A stretch of 64,000 nt of DNA from Octopus sinensis (taxonomy: Eukaryota): positions 54,126,001 through 54,190,000 of the forward strand of contig NC_042998.1 of the NCBI RefSeq assembly GCF_006345805.1. The letters are read 5' to 3'. The position numbers and the translations under genes were made by a program. The notes under the pieces were generated by a model that saw only the letters and a list, made by a program, of their open reading frames with translations, did not search any database and was not told where the DNA came from. This document shows positions 56,777-64,000 of this stretch, one piece after another; positions within the stretch are counted from its first letter, which is position 1, and each line of letters opens with the position of its first letter.

Positions 56777-57885
56777 CTGAAATTAAACAGAAAATTACAA
56801 GTGACTATATAATTTAAGCGTCATTGCTTGCTATATAATTACAAACCTCATTTGTATTTGTAGTTTAAAGGTCTTGATTTTTCTCACACATTACAAATGA
56901 ATGAGACGGATGAAGGGAAATTACTATGTTTAGTATGCTGGAAATATAATACATTATAATACATAGGCCACAATTTCAAATTGAACCACAGGCAGTATAT
57001 TCTGATTCAGAGTTACGGCTTTTTACTCACCTTGCATCATTATTTTGGAATGAAGAGGTAAACTTACCAATCAAACCATATAATTTAGACTGAAATTATA
57101 GCACGCTTGCATAATACTATAATAATGATTAAACATATCCTGCAGAATCTGAAATTTAAGGCAAAAAGAAAAAAAGGGGGAAAAAAATTAATTTACTTTT
57201 TATGAAATCTCGAAGAATAATTTTATGGCTTGTGTCACAAATTAGATTTCTAAATAACAGCCTGAATGTTAAATAAGATGCAGCCATACTTTGCTTGGAG
57301 AACTGTTTCTATGAGCAACCAACCCTATATGACTATGTTCATACTACAATGTTATGTCATTATATCTGACCAGTTCAATCCAATCATGATATCTCTTAAT
57401 AACACAGAGATATATGGTTTCTTGAAATAGATAAAAATTAATATTATTACATGATTATGTCAGGAAGAAGGGTTCTAAATTACAACTAATTAAATCTTGT
57501 AGTTTTATATGTGTGTGTATATATGAAGGCTTAGTGGTTAGGGCATTTGGCTCACGATTGTAAGGTCATGAGTTTGATTCCCAGTGATGCGTTGTGTCCT
57601 TGAGCAAGACACTTTATTTCACATTGCTCCAGTCCACTCTGCTGGCAAAAATGAGTTGTACCCGTATTTCAAAGGGCCAGCCTTGTTACACTCTGTCTTA
57701 CGCTGAATCTCCCTGAGAACAACGTTAGGAGTACGCGTGTCTGTGGATTGCTCAGTCACTTGAGTGTTAATTTCACGAGCAGGCTGTTCCGTTGATCGTA
57801 TCAGCTGGGATCCTCGTCGTCGTAACCGATGGAGTGCTCCATATATAAAGGCATATAGTTATGTATACTTTTTATATTTGTATAT

Positions 57886-57944
<59 letters not shown>

Positions 57945-58317
57945 AACAATCACACACATACATATATACATGGACATATAATGTTTCTAATATAGGCACA
58001 AGGCTTGAAATGTAATGGGTGGTGTGTTAGTTGATTATATTAAACCTCAGTATTTAACTGGTACTTATTTTATCAACCAGAAAAAGACGAAAGGCAAAGT
58101 TGATCTTGATGGTACTTTAACTCAGAAGGTAAAGAAATGTCACTAAGCAACTTGTTTGATGTGAAAATGATTCTGCCAGCAACCTACGTGGACACACATG
58201 CACACACACACACACACACACACACAACACACACACACACGCACACAAATATATATATATTTACATATATTTTTAATGTCTAAAGACATAAGTATATCTA
58301 TCAGCACACACACACAT

Positions 58318-58686
58318 ATGGGGAAGAGAGGAGGTCTGAAAAGCTGAAAAGTTCTTAGCTTGACTATGAAGGAGTGATTCTAGAGATGTTGAATTTAGGA
58401 AGGGAAGGGAGAGCCATGAAGATGACCTGAGAGGCCTGGACAGCCTGCAACGGCCACCATGAAGGAAAACATTGATCATATTCACCAGATAGAGATGAAC
58501 AACAGGCTATTGACTATAAATCAAAAAGCCAACACTATTAGCATAACCTGTGAGAGAATTGAGAATATTCTGCACAATGAACTTGGCATGACAAAGGTTT
58601 CTGCTCAGTGGGTGCCATGTCTTATGATACCTGATCAAAAGCACAGCAGGAAAGGTAACATTATGAGAAAATCTGACATTGTTTAA
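58318..58686 (+). pseudogene. Decayed mariner transposase fragment
   Basis: ...RPGQPATATMKENIDHIHQ...ILHNELGMTKVSAQWVPCLMIPDQK, containing the mariner WVP motif. Multiple stops upstream. Confidence 0.8.
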
Positions 58687-58746
58687 AGCAGATTCTTATT
58701 CTTCTTCTTCTTCTCCTTCTTCTTCTTCTTATTATTATTATTATCA

Positions 58747-58777
<31 letters not shown>

Positions 58778-58845
58778 TAATCTTCATCTTTTTCTCTCTC
58801 TTGCACAATTGTCAATCAATTAAAGAAATCAATATATAAATTCCT

Positions 58846-59660
58846 ATTTCAATGCTTATGTCATCTTCTTCGGTAAGCCATGCTCAAGACAGCATGCTAC
58901 ATTCACTGAATGCTTCCTGGTTATTTTTAAAATGACAATATGCCAGAGAGATTTAAATGTCTCGTGTAAATGCTTTAAGCACATCTTGCAGAATCCTCAT
59001 CTTCGAGTTCAAATAACTCTGGAGGCTACCTTTATTGTATTTCATTCTGTGGTTAGGCATTGTTGTTGTTTATTCTCAGGTTAGCCCTCATTCAGTAGCT
59101 CTAGGGTTGAAGGCATTCCAGCTGTAACCAACCCATCTTTTCTTTCAGGCACAGAGTATCTAAGACTACATCATTTTCAGATATGTGAAGGATGAACCGA
59201 ATAATATTCATTAGTAATATACTTTCACTGTTAAAGGCGGTGAGCTGGCAGAATCATTACCATGCTGGGCAAAACGCTTAGAAGCATTTCATCCATCTTT
59301 ACGTTCTCAGTTCAAATCCTGCTGAGGTTGACTTTATCTTTTGTCCTTTTGGGGAGGATAAAATAAGTACAAGTTGAGTACTGGGAGAAATGTAATCAAC
59401 TTAAGCCCTCCCTCAAAATTGCTGGCCTTGTGCCAAAATTTAAGCCACAAAACTTTCACTGTTAAATAAAGAATGAGAACTGGTCCTCCCGGTAAATATG
59501 TATATCATCATCAATTAATTTCCATCTTCTATGCTATATACACGTATACACATTCATATATCATCATCATTATTTAATGTCCGTTTTCCATTTCAATGCT
59601 TATGTCATCTTCTTCGGTAAGCCATGCTCAAGACATCCTGATACATTCACTGAATGCTTC
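58846..59660. repeat. 71-bp direct duplication (58846-58916 and 59590-59660)
   Basis: atttcaatgcttatgtcatcttcttcggtaagccatgctcaagac...cattcactgaatgcttc, 3 mismatches. Confidence 0.9.
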
Positions 59661-60780
59661 GAGGTTATGGGCTGGACAGTTTGACAGGAGCTGGCTAGGC
59701 AGAAAACTGCACCAGGCTTCATTGTCTGTTTTGCTATGGCCTTTATGCCCATCCTAATACCAACCACTCCAAATATATATACCCACATACACACATGTAT
59801 AACACATGCTCACATGCACACACACATCTTTTATCTTTTATTTGTCTCAGCCATTAAACTGTGTGGTTATGTGAGGATAAAATAAAATAGCACCTGAAAA
59901 AACTAAAATCAGCAGAAATATGGGACTTGGATCCTTTTCAAAAAATATCAAATAAGCTGTTGCCTAACACAAACTGGAGTAACACATATACATACTCGCT
60001 TCTCACTTCCTTTGATTATGGTTATCCTCTGAACAATCTTCTTCATTTACAGATCCTTTGAAGCTCATTCATCCTAATCTTTGAAGTATATCTTTGCTCA
60101 CAGATGAGATATGCAAATGTTTAAAAGGGTTCATGTATTCCTCTTGTGTACAAGTATAGATTGGGTAAGTTGGTAGAGTGTTAGATAGATTGATCTTAAA
60201 GTTCTCTGTGTTCTGAGTATAAATAAATACTAGTGAGGCCAACTTTGCCTATCAGGGTTGTAAAATAAAGTACCAGCTCTGTACAGATAATAATTTTCTC
60301 TCTCCCTTCACTCTTCACTTTCTTGCTGTCTATTCACCTTTGTCTGTCAGTCTCTCTCTCATTCTCGGTCTTTCTCTGGAAAAAATCTACTTTGATCAAA
60401 GCTGGTGAGAGAAAGTCTGAGTTAGGTTGCATGTTATGACAGTATCCTTAATGACTCTGACAAGAGAGAGGGCCTGAGTTAAGGCATTATTTTGTATGCC
60501 TGCCCCTTCTGCTACTTTAGCCATTTCTGTTCTACTTTTTTAATTTTTCTACAACAGTTAAACAGCCAAAAGACAAATATACATGTCATTGTTTTAATGT
60601 CTTCTTTTCCATGCTTGCATGGGTCGGATGGAATTTACTGAGGCAGATTTTTTACAGCCAGAAGCAACTTCATGCCACCAACCTTCACCTATTACCAAGT
60701 AAGGTAATATTTCTCCCATGGCCAGACATGTTTTCAAGGAAGATTGAAAATAGATAACACTGCTTGTATGACAGTCCACA

Positions 60781-61170
60781 TGAGTGGCTGTGTGGTAAGT
60801 AGCTTGCTTACCAGCCACATGGTTCCAGGTTCAGTCCCACTGCATGACACTTTGGGCAAGTGTCTTCTACTATAGCCTTGAGCTGACCAAAGCCTTCTGA
60901 GTGGATTTGGTAGATGGAAACTGAAAGAAGCCTGTCGTGTATATGTAATATGTGTGTGTTTGTGTCTGTGTTTCCCCCCCACCACATCACTTGACAACAG
61001 ATGCTGGTGTGTTTACTTCCCCGTAACCTAGCAGTTCGGCAAAAGAGACCAATAGAATAAGTACTAGGCTTGCAAAGAATATGCCCTGGGGTCGATTTGC
61101 TCGACTAAAGGTGGTGCTCCAGCATGGCCACAGTCAAATGACTGAAACAAGTAAAAGAATAAAAGAAAGA
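60781..61170 (+). mobile_element. Representative of the most abundant tRNA-derived SINE family (gtggctgtgtggtaag...ggttcagtcccactgc...)
   Basis: A and B boxes plus an internal (TG/TA)n. Further copies near 7860(-), 8075, 13750, 19908, 24575(-), 34820, 36306, 39825(-), 40910, 48300, 54250, 54910, 61800(-) and 62440. Confidence 0.85.
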
Positions 61171-61320
61171 ATGATATCAAGACAAAGAGAGACAAAAATT
61201 GCACTCTCATATCTATCCCTGTCCAACACAAGCCAGCGTGGAAAAATGATGTTAGATGAGCATGATGATAAAGACACACGCACAGACATACATATGTATG
61301 TATCCAAATTGAAGGAAATC

Positions 61321-61537
61321 CAGGCTACATATGTTTCCTAGCTAGCAGGACCCCAAAAGTAATAATTTCTCAATGTGGAGTTAAATCACATTTGTGAGTT
61401 AACTCAGAATCGTTTGACAACAATGTAACCTTCATTTAACTAAGGTATATTTGGCCTGATGAGTAGCTATTAGAGTACTCCTCATTGAGTAATTACGGCT
61501 TCTAAGGTTCTGCTAGCTAGAAAACATATGTAGCCTG
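61321..61537. mobile_element. Foldback MITE-like element with ~60-bp imperfect TIRs
   Basis: caggctacatatgtttcctagctagcag...ctcaatgtggagt vs actcctcattgag...ctgctagctagaaaacatatgtagcctg. Confidence 0.7.
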
Positions 61538-62342
61538 AATTTTACCTGCTCCATTCATTGGATTTTTATTTGCATATAAAGTAATCTTAGATGCTAATCA
61601 TGAACTATTAAAAAAAAAGAAACCTTTTTTCAGCTTACTGAGCTTCAGTATGGGGAAAACCTACAACTTTCTTCTATGGCTATAAATTACTATTGTTCTT
61701 GAAAGTTGTATTTTATACAACTACAGACTGCTTGAAGATTACTAGCTTCCTACATTTAGATCCTTGGATCTTACAATTACATATCATTATATATTTGAAG
61801 CTTCTTTCAGTTTTTGTTTGAAAATCCACTTACATAGCTTTTGGTCAGCTTGGAGCTATAGTAGAAGACACTTTCCCAAGGTACCACATAATGGAACTGA
61901 ACCTGAAATCATGTGGTTGGGAAGCAAACATCTTAGCCACACAGCTACACCTGCACCTACACAAACACACACACAAGGTAAAACAAAAATAAGCAAGATT
62001 TATGCTGCATCTCTATCATTAGCTTCTTCATATCAAGTGCAGTAGCAGCAAGGAAATAACACTGCTTGTCAATAAAGGTCGTAAGTATTCATATCTTTCT
62101 CAAACAATATAGAGTAGCTGTCTTTGTCCAATAGATATATTGCAGCTTGAAATTACAATTGCTAAGATATCTTATTTAGCTGCAACACTTTCAAATATTT
62201 GAAATAGAAAATAAATAAGGCTATTTCTGTTGTTGTTTAACACTAGGCAATTCCTGATAAAGAGTAGAATCTATGATCAGCAAAGATGTTTCAGCTATGA
62301 GGATTCAGTCATTTTCCTTTCTTAAAATCAGTTCATCTAGAG

Positions 62343-63245
62343 CAGAGGTTCTCAACCAATTTTTTTTGCCTATGGATCCCTTTGATTCTTATTTCACTCT
62401 ACTGGATCCCACCATAGCCATTTGAAATTTATAAAAAAAAGAAGCTTGCTTCCCAACCATATGGTTCCAGGTTCTAGGTTCAGTACCACTATGTGGCACC
62501 TTAGGCAAGTGTCTTCTACTATAGCTTCAGGTTGACCTAAGCTTTTTGAGTGGATTTGGTAGATGGAAGCTGAAAGAAGTGCATCATGTATGTATATATA
62601 TATATTTATATATATATATAGATGTACATATCTTTGTGTATGTTTTGGTGTCTGTGTTTGTCCCCCACCATCACTGCTTGGTGGCAAGTGTTGGTGTGTT
62701 TACATCCCCGTAACACAGCAGATTGGCAAAAGAGACTGATAGTAAAAGCACTAGGCTTAAAAAAAATTCTAGGGTCGATTTGTTTGAACAAAATCTTTCA
62801 AGGCAGTGCTCCAGCATGGCCACAATCAAATGACTGAAACAAGTAAAAGAATAAAAGAATACATTTTTATACTTAAATATTATTAGGAATTGTATAAAAT
62901 TTTTAAAAAATATTTTGTGCATTGTAGAAGTATAAATCAATTTATTGCAGATAAATTCTGATTTCAAATTTTGGTAGAAGGCCAGCAATTTCAGGGCAGG
63001 GTGTCAGTCAATTACATTGACCCCAGAGTTCAACTGGTACTTATTTTATCAACCCCAAAAAGATGAAAGGCAAAGCTGACCTTGGCAGAATTTGAACCCA
63101 GAATGTGAAAACAGACAAAATGCCACAAAGCATTTTGCATAACAGGATGACGATTCTGCCAGCTCGTCACCTTAATGCAGATAGATTTTAACAATATCTT
63201 ATAAAGACCCCTAAGGGCCACGTAGACCCCAGTTGAGTGCCACTG
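62343..63245. mobile_element. hAT MITE (same family as 12146) carrying two SINE insertions
   Basis: TIRs cagaggttctcaac / gttgagtgccactg. TSD atctagag / agctagag (7 of 8). SINEs at about 62440-62860 and 62958-63172. Confidence 0.75.
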
Positions 63246-63734
63246 AGCTAGAGAAACATTACTCAACATGTTCCTCATTTCTTTTTTTTAAATGATAGAG
63301 TGAGATTAAAGAAGATTTGGTGGTCATTTCCAGCAGATCAGTTGACCACATACAGCTCCCATTTTGGTTTGAAGTAATGATATTTGGATGTATCACTATA
63401 TGGCTATCGACCAGACTACTAGATGTTGTTATACACACTGGTCACAATGCACTTCCTCACAGTGGTTTTAACTTTCAAATGATGTGACCCCACTAACATA
63501 GCGGACAGGGCAATCAGTACCTCTGAACGGAACACCAGTCTGTTACAGAATTACCCATCTACAGCTGAGTGGACTGGAGCAAAAATGATAAGAAATATTT
63601 TGTTCAAGATTGCAAAGCACTGCCAGTCTGGGAATCCAAACCATGATCTTGTAATCACGAGCGCAAAACCCTAACTACAAGATCATGTGCCTACTCAATA
63701 TATAGATGTAAATCTGAATAAGACTTAAGATAAT

Positions 63735-63780
63735 AAAGTCACAAACAAGAGATGACAACTACTACCACGTATCATTTATT
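63735..63780 (-). promoter_or_regulatory. Putative polyadenylation signal plus GU-rich downstream element
   Basis: Minus-strand AATAAA at 63775-63780, about 65 nt after the stop, followed by tgatacgtggtagtagttgtcatctcttgtttgtg. Confidence 0.4.
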
Positions 63781-63845
63781 CATGTGTTTATATCAAATTT
63801 CAACAAGTTCACTCAGGTTAAATGATTCGCAAAGATTGATCATTG

Positions 63846-63998
63846 TCAATAATATTTTGCAGAAAAAGATAAATTATATTTCTTCCATTCAATAACTGTC
63901 AAATCCAGTTCTTCTGACAAGTCCGGAAAATACACTCCACCAACAGGTGTTGACCCAGTATAAGACAATCTTTTAGTAGAAGTAGTAGTAGTCGTAGA
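63846..63998 (-). CDS. 3' end of an unidentified ORF running off the right edge of the window
   Basis: Open frame STTTTTSTKRLSYTGSTPVGGVYFPDLSEELDLTVIEWKKYNLSFSAKYY* in non-repetitive sequence, followed by AATAAA and a GT-rich tract. Confidence 0.5.
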   Translation of the reverse strand, partial: STTTTTSTKRLSYTGSTPVGGVYFPDLSEELDLTVIEWKKYNLSFSAKYY

Positions 63999-64000
63999 TG

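Overview
AT-rich, repeat-dense animal genomic DNA. The SINE, MITE and microsatellite complement looks like an octopus or other coleoid cephalopod (inference from repeat style). The only confidently identifiable gene is KATNIP (KIAA0556, katanin-interacting ciliary protein) on the minus strand. Two near-C-terminal coding exons (56616-56776 and 33010-33116) are joined in phase across a 23.5-kb intron, and the flanking exons appear to lie outside the window, so almost the whole window is KATNIP intron. The introns hold tRNA-derived SINEs, hAT, piggyBac-like and Tc1/mariner MITEs, a Helitron with a PIF1-helicase fragment, decayed RTE, R4 and CRE LINE pieces, and long microsatellites that explain most ORFs in the track. 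Worth a second look: (1) an unexplained coding-like 3' end with stop, AATAAA and GU-rich element at the right edge, inside a KATNIP intron; (2) a sense-oriented minimal hammerhead-ribozyme-like motif with an inverted partial copy, as in Penelope-like elements; (3) a candidate poison or alternative exon 254 bp upstream of a KATNIP exon; (4) a four-level transposon nest; (5) locally templated inverted and direct duplications. I found no firm evidence of a wholly new biological system. Homology calls are from recall, not database searches, and repeat boundaries are approximate unless TSDs or TIRs are cited.
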